From NCBI RefSeq assembly GCF_032062105.1, contig NW_026932430.1, positions 62,001 through 126,000 of the forward strand: a stretch of DNA of 64,000 nt, in the 5' to 3' direction. The first letter of the stretch is position 1, and each line of letters begins with the position of its first letter. The position numbers were made by a program, and so were the translations under genes. Of this stretch, positions 35,894-49,700 are shown piece by piece. Origin of the DNA: Saccostrea cucullata (Eukaryota). A model generated the notes under the pieces. The model was not told where the DNA came from. It searched no databases and worked only from the letters and a program-made list of their open reading frames with translations.

Positions 35894-37564
35894 GGCCTAA
35901 ATTAAAATTTTGTTTGTTTGCCCTAAGCCGACCGACCCACGAAAATCAGCCCGACTCAAAATATTTTATTATACTTTTCAAATACAAATTTTTTTTATTT
36001 GATTTGTTTCTTATCCGTTTTTTTCTTGGTTACATAAAACCATTATTAGGTCATTTAAACACGTTGATTTTCCTTTTCCTCAGTCGCCTTTTGATGATTG
36101 TGATTAGGAACTGAATGAAATGGCGGTAAGAAATAACATTCACAGTGATATATTTTATCTTGTTGATGAATGCACCTACTCCCACGTTCATAAAGTTAAG
36201 ATGATTGTCGGTCGTTGGAAGCTCTTTGATGCTACTAATCGATTTCAAAATAAATGTCGCCGACATATCTGACAAAAAATACAATTGTCATACTTTAATT
36301 TTATTACCAAATCTAAGTGAAAAGAGCACAAAAGTAGCTATAAATGTTGAAAACATCGTCATGCTTTCAGCCTTGTTAATATTTTGATCGCCATGATTAA
36401 ATTTGGGGTCAGACTAATAACAGGAAACGGACAATATTGCAAGGTTTTACTATACTAAAGAAAATATTTTTCGGCTAGACAATGTGGAAACGTAATTAAA
36501 ATAAGAAATAGAAGTCTTACTTTTAAACAACAACTTAAAAAACTTGTAATCCCATTAATAAATACAATAAATGGAAGGTGGGACTAATATCAGTAATATA
36601 CCCATTTAATGGAATTTTAAAAAAAAATAAATTCCCACTGTTTCATTATATTGTTTAAAGTAAACAAAATATTATTTTCCATTTTTTAAAAGAAAAATCG
36701 ATAAACATTTTTGTATTGTCATACAAAGATAAATATACAGCTTATAGTATATACTCGATTCTCATTATATCGCGGGTTTCTTTGTATCGCGGTATATTCC
36801 AAAAATTCGGATACATAGCCTATATTCTTTTTTGTTGATGGAAATCTGTATGTCGTCTGAATGTTTACTTTTTTGATGATTAAGAAGTATGGAACATCCG
36901 TTTGAAAAAAAATATTCATAAAAAACGTAATTTCACAGATTTCCAGTGCCGTTTTTATTATGTTTAGACCATTAAATTTATAACCTAGTAAAAATTTTAA
37001 TAAAATTCATCTTTTAAAACTGTTTAGTTTGTACAATTATTTATTTTTCATGTAGAATTACATCGTAAAATCAAAAATTAAAATTAACGTCTATGTCAGC
37101 TAGAAGCACCCATGTTCTCCCATACCGCGATACAATGAGACTCTCCAACTTAGGAGGTAAATAAGACTTCCTGTTTTAAAAATAGACAACAAATTAAACG
37201 ATGCAAGCTTGGAAAATAATTTGACACTAAAAAGTTAGGCTATAGTTAGAATTATAAATATCATTTGACAGAAGTTAAATTAAAAATTTGAAATTATACT
37301 TTTTATGCAAAAGAATTAAGTACCGCGATATAATGAAACACCAGTATACCAGATTTGTTTAAGTACTAGAACTAGTAAATTTTGTTCCATGAAGCAAAAG
37401 TTCCAATAACATAGAATATGAACCCGACAGTATTGATTTTCTAAAATTTTAATAGTAATTTTATGTCAAGAAGAAAAAAAAAAAAAATATTTTTCCTACC
37501 TACCTACCCATTGCTAAAAATCTGGGTCGGTAAATGGCAAACAAACAAAATTTTAATTTAGGCC
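35894..37564. mobile_element. Non-autonomous DNA transposon with GG termini and TTA TSD (Zator- or Harbinger-like)
   Basis: tta|ggcctaaattaaaattttgtttgtttgcc ... ggcaaacaaacaaaattttaatttaggcc|tta. It contains another TA-flanked MITE at about 36750-37349. Confidence 0.8.
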
Positions 37565-37863
37565 TTACGACTTTCTCTACTTTAGATTTAAGCGGAAGTG
37601 AAACAATTAGTCAACTTTTACATTGTTTTATTTAAAAAGAAATACAATGTCATCATAGTCTGATGCTTCACAGTTGAATTTGGAATTTTTGGTCACAAAA
37701 TTAGGGAAAATTAACGTTTTTGGCATTGGGAATGGTGCCGTTTGTCGGTACCAGTTATATAAGGAAAAAAAACGTTGAACAATAAAAAAAGTTCTGCTTA
37801 GTATTATTCAAAATTCCTCAACTGCTTTTATTTTTGAATTTTATTTAGGAAGAAAAGGAGACC

Positions 37864-40800
37864 ATGGCTCAGTTTGCTGTAATTGAGCAAGCTAAAAAAT
37901 CCCTGAAGACTGTTCAGGAGTACATCAAAGTGGGCATGGAAACCACGCTAGATGTCGCTCAGGATTTCGCAGACAGTAAAATTGGTCAGTGTTGTTGAGT
38001 GTATGTTTGTTTAACATTGTGAACCAATTGTTGTGCATGGTATACAGGCATTCTTGTGTGGTATTACATATTGCATGAGCATTAACTGCAGCATATACGC
38101 TTTGTATTACAGACATGAAAAAAAGATGCAAAATTAATACCGGTAATATAGTGTTTCATTTTTGTTTGTCATTTTCTTTCTCACAATGGCTCTTTAAAAT
38201 GAATGAATATTGGCCACTTAATTTGAAAATGCTCATTAAAAATGAAAGCAGTGTTGTCTTAGTCCAATTGACCTTCATGGGTTCCCAATCACTGCCATCA
38301 GAAATGACCATTGCATAAAGTATCTTTGTTAAGAAGGTTCAGTCTGACCATCTCATGGCACATGTAGACATACACACAATGATAAATTTGAAATCCAAAA
38401 TGTTTCATGCAATGGCATCAAAATTATCCTTAGCTCTGACTGGAAGTTTAGTAAATACTACACAACTCATTGATGTTAGGTATGACCAATTTTTAATTAT
38501 GAAAATTAACAGAAAGCTTGCAATGAATTTCAATTCATTATAAAATGAAATTCATCTAAAGCTCAATTATACCTTTGTGCAAAAGTTTTTTCCTCAAATA
38601 AATCAGAAATACAAACTCAATTAAGAAATACGAATCCTTTTTTTGTGTTGAAATTTCATTAAGAAAGCCTATTTAATTTCAGAGAGTGAAAAGGAGATAG
38701 ATATTCTGAAGAGTGTGATGAAGGACTATGTACAAATGGAGAGAGATCTAGATGATTTCATGAACAGCGTAGAAGATGTAACAAAACAGGTACGTATTAC
38801 GTCATGAACAGTGTAGAAGATGTAACAAAACAGGTTTGTGTTTGGTCATGAACAGCGTAGAAGATGTAACAAAACAGGTACTTGTTACGTCATAAACAGT
38901 GTAGAAGATGTAACTAAACAGGTTTGTGTTACGTCATGAACAGTGTAGAAGATGTAACTAAACAGATTTGTGTTACGTCATGAACAGTGTAGAAGATGTA
39001 ACAAAACAGGTACGTGTTACGTCAGGAACAGTGTAGAAGATGTAACAAAACAGTTTTTGTCTCGCCTGCGACGAATGTCGCGAAGCGAGACATAGCGACC
39101 ATAGATTCCGTCGTCGTCGTCGTCGTCGTCGGCGTCCAACTTTTGGTTAACCCAAATGTCAAAGTTTTATAAACTGCAATAACTTTCTCAAATTTTATTC
39201 AGTCTTCTTGAAATTTGGACACAATATTCAGTATGGATAAAAATTTATATCCCAAGTATGATTTTGAAAAAAAAAATTCAAATTTTTCCGTATTTTTTCC
39301 TTAAGTTGGACTTAGTTTTTTCATGATAATTTATGGTGAAGACCTATATTCCAGCAACTATAAGTTATAGGGATATGATAATTAGTCAGTGGATACATCA
39401 TGGGTAACCACAAACGTCAGTACCAGAATTAGGTCATCTTGACCTACATTTTTCTGCATGAGTGACTTTGGTTAAATTTTTGGTGGAGGTCCATATCTCA
39501 GCATCTATAACTTATAATGGCATGATGATTTGTCATTGTACAGGTTATAAGTAACCAACAACATCAGTACCAGAATTAGGTCATTTTGACCTACATTTTT
39601 CTGCATGAATGACTTTGGTTAAATTGATAATGGAGGTTCATATTTCAGCAACTATAACTTATAGTGGCATGATAGTTAGTCAGTGGATACATCATGGGTA
39701 ACCACAAACGCCTGTACCAGAATTAGGTCATCTTGACCTACATTTTTCCGCATGAGTGACTTTGCATAAATTTATGGTGGAGGTCCATATCTCAGCAACT
39801 ATAACTTATAGTGGCATGATAATTTGTCAGTGGATACATCATGGGTAACCACAAACGCCTGTACCAGAATTAGGTCATCTTGACCTACATTTTTCCGCAT
39901 GAGTGACTTTGCATAAATTTATGGTGGAGGTCCATATCTCAGCAACTATAACTTATAGTGGCATGATAATTTGTCAGTCTACACATCATGGGTAACCAAC
40001 AATATCAGTACCATAATTAGGTAATCTTCACCTACATTTTCTGCATGAATGACTTGATACATATACAGTGGATTTGATTTCAAAATGCAAGTTCAAATTA
40101 TTGCGACTCATAACACGTTGCAATATTCGCAATAATAAAAACATCACAATAATTTGTGAATTTACAGGGTATATGTATATATATATAAATGCCAATATAA
40201 TCGCCAAGGGATTAGATATTAAGTCAGCTGTTCCATTTCTTTATTATTGTATTTTTGAGTTATTCCTTCTGAAATGTCAATAAATGCTTCAGTTTATCAG
40301 ACAATCATTTCTTACTAACCACAGCGACAGCAGGCGAGACACAGGGTTGCGGGCAACCCTTACGTACTTTTTGTTTAGTCATGAACCATATAGAGGATGA
40401 AACAAAAAAGGTTCATGTTTAGTCATGAACAGTGTAGAAGATGTAACAAAACAGATCAACTTAGTGATCACAATCTGTTCATGAATTAGATCCTCATCAG
40501 AAAAATTATTTTATAAAAGAGATTTCCATTAAGGAGAGTCGCCCGCCTGGCGCAGTGGTTAGATCATCTGCCCTAGAGTCACGAAGCAAGGAGTTGATCC
40601 TTAGGTTTGGGGTTCGAATCCCACTGTGGGACATGGAGACCGTTCTTTGGATGAGACTGTATAAACCCAGGTCCTGTGTCGCAGTAAGTGTTGGCATGAA
40701 AAAGATCCCTCCTTGCTCAATGGCCCTGACTGCCCCTGAGGTCACGGATATAGGACAAAATTTGCAGCTCTCCACCGGCAAATGGTGGTGTCTCCATATG

Positions 40801-41891
40801 AGTGAAAAATTCTTGAGAGGGACATTAAACAATACACAATCCATTAAAGGAGGGCGCAATATTGCACATTTCATATCATGAAGATTATCAATGTCTTAAA
40901 GTGTTTTGATATTTTTGGAGAGAATTCCATGGACTAACAATGCCCTTCCATTATTAAATATTTCATTTGTTTGACAGGCTGCACAATCACAGGAGACTGT
41001 AGATTTGGAGGAGGCAGTGGAGGGAAGGTTACAGGTCTATAAGAGCAAAAGTCAGAAGGTTCCACTCGAAAACCATGAGAAATACGTGGACTTGGCTGAG
41101 AAAATTACAGAAATACTTCATCCAGGTAAGTATGTATTCATGGTTACTGATTAATGGTCAAAATGTAGTAGTTTCGTAGGTCACATGTGATCTGTGACTT
41201 TCATTACTGGGGTATTTTCTTTTTCAATTCAGTCACATGCAGCTGTGTATCGATGGTGATTTCATCAAGTTTCTTCCCTATAGTTGTAGCATTGTGCCAA
41301 ATTGCATTTTAAATTTTTTTGCTTAGTGCACAATTTTGAACATGTAAATTGTACTATGAGTTTGTCACCTTTAGTTGTTGAATTGCGTATACTGCAAAAT
41401 TTTTAAACATGTGAATTATATTTCTGCTTTAACAGACAGACAGGTAGACAGTGTGCCTCAGACCCCAGCCTATACTGGGGATGAGGAGATGGTGTTGACC
41501 CAGACGGACGTTAACACCAGGTGTCCCTACACAGGAAAAGACATGGTCCACCCTGTCAAGAACCGCCACTGTGAACACAACTATGACAGGGAGGGGATTC
41601 TACACTACATCAAAACAAAGAAGAATCGGGCAAAGTAAGGCAATCGTTTTCATTCATAAAATTTTTTTATTGAGATGTTAGGGATCTGGAAATGTGTAAA
41701 GAAACCCTATGTTAAATCTAGGGATCCATTTAATGCAAAATTAAGTGTAAATTTTTCCTGTCAGATGTCCAGTGAGTGGTTGTATGAATGAGAACCCAAT
41801 CCAGAAAGAAGATTTAATAGAAAACAAAGAACTAAAGAGATACATAGACCGAAAACTCCGCTCAGAAAAGAGGACAAAGAAGTCTAGTTGA
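37864..41891 (+). CDS. NSMCE2: E3 SUMO ligase NSE2/Mms21 (SMC5/6 complex), 233 aa, 5 coding exons
   Basis: Exons 37864-37984, 38683-38789, 40978-41125, 41436-41634, 41765-41891 (702 nt, in frame). Helical N-terminus followed by SP-RING: GDEEMVLTQ..TRCPYTGKDMVHPVKNRHCEHNYDREGI..KCPVSGC. Confidence 0.93.
38758..39053. repeat. 44-bp minisatellite (7 copies, 2 more at about 40378-40455) spanning the NSMCE2 exon 2 donor
   Basis: tcatgaacag(c/t)gtagaagatgtaacaaaacaggt.. at 38758, 38802, 38846, 38890, 38934, 38978 and 39022. Confidence 0.95.
39054..40367 (+). mobile_element. Helentron-associated element with an internal 147-bp tandem array (about 5 units)
   Basis: SubTIR tgtctcgcctgc / gcaggcgagaca; (gtc)n microsatellite; 3' hairpin agggttgcgggcaaccct; taccagaattagg at 39421, 39568, 39715 and 39862. 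Confidence 0.85.
40537..40839 (+). mobile_element. tRNA-derived SINE
   Basis: A box tggcgcagtgg, B box ggttcgaatcc, conserved core ggatgagac..aaacc.aggtcc, tail aaacaatacacaa. Flanked by tccatta(a)aggag direct repeats. Second copy at 47295. Confidence 0.8.
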
Positions 41892-43769
41892 TGTTAATAT
41901 AAGGGACTACCACATAGTGTTCATAGTCTATGTCTGACAGTGTTAACCTTGTGCAGTTATTGGAATTCATAGGGTGAATGAGAATGAAACATGTAGCACA
42001 AATGTGTCAGTATATTTATTAGACAAAATGTTCTGAGCTTTACTCCCAAGTCAAACTGATTTTATTTTCAACTATTTTTTTTATGAATAAAGAGTTGCAT
42101 CCCTTATTGGATTTAAGAAGTTAGTGTAAAGATTGAAGAACATGGACTTTTAAAAAATATGTAAGAACTTGACCATAAACAACTTTTTTATCCACATTCT
42201 TATCTACGGACACCAAAGAGCAGAAAGTACAAGTACCCAGTACTTACCGGGTATTATTAGTTTATCAGTCAGTTACTCCGGACCCTTCCAACAGAATTTC
42301 CTGAACCTTTGTTGTTAATAAACAAATAATGTTTAGATGTGCATATTCACAGAGAAATTCTGATTCAGTTTTATCTAGGAGTTCCTGTGGAATCATCATT
42401 GATAAAATTGTGGTTAAAGGTGACCCACAAAATCCATAAACAATGGTCCCCCCACTACCTCTGTGCACATTTTATCTACCAGGTAAATTCAGGATATCAA
42501 GAATTTGCATCATACCAGGACTGAGATGATTATGATTCCATGTGATAATGTCTTAAATTAGAATTTTTCTCTCATAGTAATTGTTAACTGTAGAAACTTG
42601 ATTAACATCAAGAAACAAAATTTATTATCAGTTTTATTGATCAAAAATACAATGGACAAAACCTTTCATAATAAATGCAAAAAAATATCACAACAAATAA
42701 CTACCCTAGTGTGAATGCATGTAATAAATGAAAAAAAATTAAAATACTTTCCACACCATGTCAACTGTAGACAGCTTTCAACAATGATCAACATGTACAT
42801 GTATATCTTTAAATTATAACATCTTCTCGATGTTTGGATCAGTTCAAACACACAATTTCAGTAAAAGAATAATACTGAAGAACATTTTAAATAAAATTTT
42901 TAAAATTAACTAAATTTAATACTGCTAGAATTTGCACCCTCAATTTTTTCTTGTTTTCTCTGAGTAGCTAAATTTTTACTTAATGAACATTATCATGGCA
43001 ACATCTTTCTATACTAATTAGGTAAAGAACATAATACTGAGACAAGGTTTTTGTTTTTGTAATAATGCTGAAGTTTTCTGTATAAAACATAGAAATAAGA
43101 CATGACATATATCACATGTAAATCTGAATGATGAATTATGACAGCTATTTCATTATGAGAAACTAAGGACTAAAATTAAGACGAGTCCCCTTTTACCATT
43201 CTGACATGACAAGACTCCTTGTTAAAAAACACACTGAATGAGTGGTTAAGATATTTTTGACTCAGATCATTGAATTTACATCTAAATTTGATTCATTATT
43301 TTCATCATTCTAATCTTTGAAATTGATAGAGATTTTCTTCATTAGTTTATAAATAACTACACTACTTAATCCACCCTCTGTATTCTATGACTTAATTGAC
43401 AGGTAAAGTGAAGAACAAGTTTTAAAACTGAAAATATGATATATGGCAAGAAACCACAAGATAAGTTTAAAACATTCTGGTAAAATAAACTAAATACATA
43501 ATACTGAAATGTTGCTCTTAAATCACAGAGAATTTCAATGAGTAAACATGTAAGATATCACAGCCTAATAAATAAATAATACAATGTACATCTATAAAGT
43601 AGCTATGTTGGCAGGATAACATGTAGAATACTATTCTGTGATTATTTTTAAAAATCTTGAGCATTTTGAAAAAACGTATCATCTTTCAATAGTATCATTG
43701 AATTAATTTAAACGAAAAATTCACCAGAAGCAATCAAGGATGACATCAATTTAACAACCATAAGGTCTT

Positions 43770-46700
43770 TTACACTATCTTTTTAGCCCTGACTTTTCTA
43801 GGGATAGGTACACAAAGTTCTTCTACTCGTGGAGTAGCATGAGCCCTCCTGGCTGCCATGGAGACTTTGTACGGATCGTAATCGTCTTTGATCATGGTGC
43901 GACTCCGTGGCCGACACAGTTGTTGTAGCCGGAGGTTAGCGATGGCCTTCAGGGCACTCTCGTCCACCTGCCACTGAACCGGCTTCTCCCCCACAAAGCG
44001 GGGGTGGTATTTCTTGGGCTCCGCGAGGGACTCTACGTGTGGAGTACACTGGGCGGTCTTTGCAGCGGGGGCCACTGGGTTGTATTGACCCCATGATGTT
44101 GCCAAGGTGATGACCCCAAACTTGTCGCGATCCCTCCTATCTTTTGGTTTGGACAATGTTTCTAATCTTTCTGTAGGGGTTGCTTTTGTGGCTCCATCGC
44201 TTACCTGTCCAATAAAAAGTTTATTAATGAAAAAGTATACATGTAGTACATTGCCTAAATTATGTAAGTATGCATTTACACACATTCCATGTGTGTTAAG
44301 GGGGTGAGCAAATTGATAACTATCAATAAAAAGACCTATAAAAATGGTTAGAATAGACACTTAAGACTAGGGAAAATATAACATTAATGATACACAAATA
44401 CTATTTATGGTAGATTTAATGTACTGTAAACCAACTTGTATTTGTGTAAAGAAATTTTGCAAAGCCTCACCATAAATATCTCTTGCCATGAACCAGTCCT
44501 AAAAGTCTCTGTTTCTATTGACAAAAGATCCAAAAGGCTTGATTTTGAAAATTAATATAAACTATTTTCCCCCTGTAAATTACAAAATAAAGTCATCACA
44601 AATAAAAGATGGTTTACAGTATATTAATATTGCTTTACAGTACATGTACTGTCATGTATACCAGTACTTAGATAAAAGGTGACCAAAATAAGGATGCTTG
44701 TAATATATAAGTTCTCTTGCTTTAGAGAAAGTATTTTTTAACATGAATAAACTTTGCATTAATTGAAAAAAAATCTTTCATTAAAATAAATCGGTTATTA
44801 TGTTATACAGTTGAAAGTTTCAAGTTCAATAAGGTCAAGGCCAATATATTGTCACCCTTTTATGAAAGTGAAGCATAATCTTGTAATTAATAACTACTGA
44901 AGCTTTATAAATCAAATAGTACTTATTTACTATTCTGATGACAAAATGAAAATATTTCATGATACAGTAAAACTTGTATAATCTAGATATTGTGTATTCT
45001 GATATCTTGGCTAATAGGTGGTAAATTTTAGCCCCTTTGAGTAAATTCAAATGTAAAAATGGCTCCTTATTAATAAGAACTTCCTTTTGAGACTTTCAAT
45101 TAAATACCAGGTAATGATTTATGAGTTATCCTCCCTGTCTGAGGAGCAGTTATCCTTAAAGCACATTTACTATTTTATACAATATTTACAATAGCATTAT
45201 GAATATGTAATGCTCCTTACATCCAATTCCACTGAATGAATTCTACCCAGTGGAAAACAAATACATTTTATTAATAACTATATTCTTATGTAAATTCACT
45301 GCAAAGTCTAAAGTTTATAAATACTAATATATATATATATTTCCTCCTCCATTTTATAGTTACATTAAGCATTACCAACATCATAAAACCACAAGCGATT
45401 ACAATGGGTTTCTTTCTCCCATACCCTGTAATCAAATGTGGGATTTCGATGATTAAGCATTATATAAGCAATATCAATTTATCAAGCTACCAAGTCCTGG
45501 TTATACATATGAATACATACTTGGATGAGTGGCATCTGAAAGACAATTTTACCATTGCAGTGGGTGATTATTTAAACAATGAATTACACATTATTTATCA
45601 CAAGAAATGTTTCTGATACTTGTAAGTTCCCTTAAGGCAATATTACATAGGATCACTTTTACATGTAGAATCCTGGAATGATTGACTGAAAAATAAGGTT
45701 ATCTAGTACTAATTATGGGCAAACATGCCAAGTTTGATCCCTGTCAGGCCTCAATATTTTTAGGGGTTATCTACCTCTTTGAGGGAACCAGTGTACCAAG
45801 TTTGATTAAGCAAATGGTTCTCAAGATACATTTATTGAGCAGACAATATATTCCAAGACCTGTTTGGCCTGTGCCCTTTGACTTTGTGACCTGAAAACCA
45901 ATAGGGATCAGCTACTCCCAAGGGAAACATAGTAATGTTTGTCAAGCAAGAGGTTCTTGAGGTCAAAGAAGCTTGACCCTTGATATTTCACCTTGTGACC
46001 TCAAATTCTACTCTGCAGGGGGGAACCAATGTCTGTGAAGTCAAGGACTATAATATACAGTAAAACTCGCTTATTACGAAGTCAATGGGACTTGTGAAAT
46101 TACTTCGCTATATCCGTAATTCCTTAAATCCGTTAAGTAATTAATAAAATTTATGTAATTTTAACCCAGAAAACTTCGCTATATCCCTTTTCGCAATATC
46201 TGTGTTCTACAAATAAATATAACTATTTTCCAGTATGCAGAGAAAAAATTGTATTAACAGAAAAAAAAATCCAGAAATTTTTAAAATAGATTTTCATTTT
46301 GTTGTTTTAAATCCGTTTACACAAAGGGAAGTTATTGACCTCTAAAATGGTTACTATGTATTTTCTTACTTCTAAATCAACAAAACTTAACTAAAAATTC
46401 CAATCTTTGAATACTGAATAATGATCTAGTCAAAATTGATGGTCCAACACAGCTGGTACATTGTATTCCTGAATTGAAAAGGCAGTGATGATAATATGAT
46501 ATATTTCTGTTGAGAGTACACATAAATTACCCAACTACAGAAAACAGGTAAGGTTACTTATAAAAAAAATTATGAATTAAGATTGATTGATTAAATGATT
46601 GACCGATTTTAAATTGCTTAATGCTGTGTTCAATCATTTATGCATAAGAATAAAGATGCTTATATTTGTTTCTGAAAATTAATGATACACACTGTCATAT

Positions 46701-49700
46701 AGGCGGTCCTGTCAAACAGATAACGGGGGTGGGGTTCTTTGTGTTCACTGAGCGCCACCAGGCGGGGCCCTGCCTCTGCCTTCTTAGCCCCATCACGTAC
46801 AGCCCAGATAGGGGTGGGTCTGGAAAAGGAAAAAAAATACAGATAATCAAAGATTACAAAGCTCCTCAATGAATATCTGTACGGCAAGTCTCATCTCAAT
46901 TTTTTTTTTGGGGAACTTGAAATCAAAATCCATGCAAGTTTGGTATTGGTATTATATACAGGTACCAGCACCAAAAACCTAACTCATCTTGAAAATACAA
47001 ACCAGATTGATTGCAATTTAGTAAACAAAGTACTGTAGAATCATTATTGTTCGTGGGGGACCAATGTTCGTGGCTTTCATGGGTAAACATGACCCACATA
47101 TTTACATCCCCACGAATGTATATACAAACAATTATTTTATTATTTATCAAAAGTTAAAATGCAAAATAGAACTTGTTATCAACGAAATTACGTCCCCTCG
47201 AACCAGAAAATTTTTGGCTTCCCATCAACATTGACCCCCACGAATAAAACTGATTCCACAGTAAGTCTTTTATCCAGAGTAAGTAAGGTAGTGGTTGCCT
47301 GCATGACACAGTGGTTATAACGCCTGCTCTAGAGTTGCGGAGTAAGGAGTCGATCCTTTAATCGCAGGTTAGAATCCCACCGTGGAACATGGAGACCGGT
47401 CCTTGGGATGAGACCGTATAAACCAAAGAACCATGACACAGTTAGTGCTGCCATGACAAAGATCCCTCACTGCTCAACCGCCTTGAGAGCCTAGTATAGG
47501 TCAAATTTGCAGCTCTCGACCGGCAAGTGCTGCCTGGTATCTCCATATAGTGAAAAATTTCTTGAGAGTGATGTTGCCAAACAACAAACAGACAAACAAA
47601 GTCTGGTAGTGTCCAATATTAGATATGTTTATTCATAACAGGCCATATAGTTATTCTGGGATACAGCTACACCAAGAGGTACATGGAAATGGACTTGCCC
47701 ATTAAATCTAACTTCTCAAAGTTCTCAACTTGGAAGTGTAGGTCAGATCCAGCATTTAAAGCAAGTCTGGTAATCTCCTTCACTATATGCTTCATCCGTG
47801 CAAGTTTGGCTTAGAATGGGCTTGCAACTATTTGAGAATGGGCCTGCTTCTAACACCTTTAACAGCACACCAAAGGCCTATGCCAAAACTAATGCCAAGG
47901 GTATAGCATAAGTTTATCTCAACTTAGTCGAGAAGTACACTAAAACTAGAAATATGTCCATAGGACATGAATGCTCAGCCGAGGGTATGTTAATAGTAAA
48001 TGCTGCATGAAAATTTGAATTTGTGTATAAATTTCAGAATGTCTTGAATAGTGATGCAGTTGAATTGCTTACATCAGTATGAATCAGTATATGAAGTTTA
48101 ACACTAATTTAAGAAAAGTGAGGTCAAAGTCAAAAAAAGTCAAGGTCAAATGATGATGCAGTTGAATAGCTCTCATCAATATGTATCAACATATGAAATT
48201 TGATAAAAAAATATTATGAATGGTTTCTTTAAAACTGAGTTAATCACAATTTGATAAAAGTGAGGTCAAAGGAAAGGTCAAGGTAAAAATAATTTTGATG
48301 CAGTTGAATAGCTCTCATCAGTATGTATCAGCATATGATGTTTGATAAAAATATCTTGTATGGTTTCTTAACTGTGCAAAACACTAATTTAAGAAAAGAG
48401 AGGTCAAGGTCAAAGGAAAGGTCAAGGTTAAAAATGGTGATGCAGTTGAATAGCTCTCATTAGTATGTATCAGAATATGAAGTTTGATAACACTATCTTG
48501 AATGGTATCTTTAAAACTGAGCTAAACACTCATTTAAGAAAAGTGAGGTCAAAGGTCAACATATGAAATTTGATAAAAAATATTATGAATGGTTTCTTTA
48601 AAAAACTGAGTTAATCACAATTTGATAAAGGTGAGGTCAAAGGAAAGGTCAAGGTAAAAATAATTTTGATGCAGTTGATTAGCTCTCATCAGTATGTATC
48701 AGCATATGATGTTTGATAAAAATATCTTGTATGGTTTCTTAAAAACTGTGCAAAACACTAATTTAAGAAAAGTGAGGTCAAGGTCAAAGGAAAGGTTCAA
48801 GGTTAAAAAATGGTGATGCAGTTGAATAGCTCTCATTAGTATGTATCAGAATATGAAGTTTGATAACACTATCTTGAATGGCATCTTTAAAACTGAGCTA
48901 AACACTCATTTAAGAAAAGTGAGGTCAAAGGTCAAGGTCAAAAATGTTAAAGCAGTTGAATAGATCTCATCAATATCTATCAGCCTATGAAGTTTGATGA
49001 AAATATCTTGGATAGTTTTTTGAAACTGAGCTTTGAACTGAGCTAAACGCAAAGTGTGACAGACGGACGGAAGACAGACATGACAAACACTATATGCCCT
49101 GGCCATATTCATGGCGGGGCATAAAGAAGATTAAACTAAATGGTCATTCAAACTTGGTTGTGTAAAGCTCAGGGTTTGCTAGGAACTGCCCACCTGCCCT
49201 GTGACATCACTTTACCTGTCTCCTCGCCAGCCATGCTGATTAGGTGTGCGGTGTCTGGCTAGCTCCTGGACCCGGGCACTGGCAACTGCAATCACAAAAT
49301 ACACCATTCAATCTTTATCATACATTACTTATCAATGAAGTTAATCAAACTTATTGTATTTTGATTCAATTTATATTTATAATAGCCTGAAAAAAAGTCC
49401 AGCTAAGTATCCTTTTTTTTAATAGTGGAAAAAAAATTGACACATTTACCTGAAAAATCAGGTTAAAAATTTGATAACATATTAATTTCAAAAGCACAAT
49501 ACTTATGTCAATATAATGTTAATTCATGTTCAAAACTCAGCATTGGTAATTAATAAAATCTGACTGAACACTTACAAGCAAGCTTGAATGAAATCATTCA
49601 GTATGATACAAAACTTCATAGGCAAGGTGTTAAAATATACAAAGCACACTCAGATTTAATTAAATCAAGTCTTTTAAATTGTGTGCTGAACTTAAAGAGT

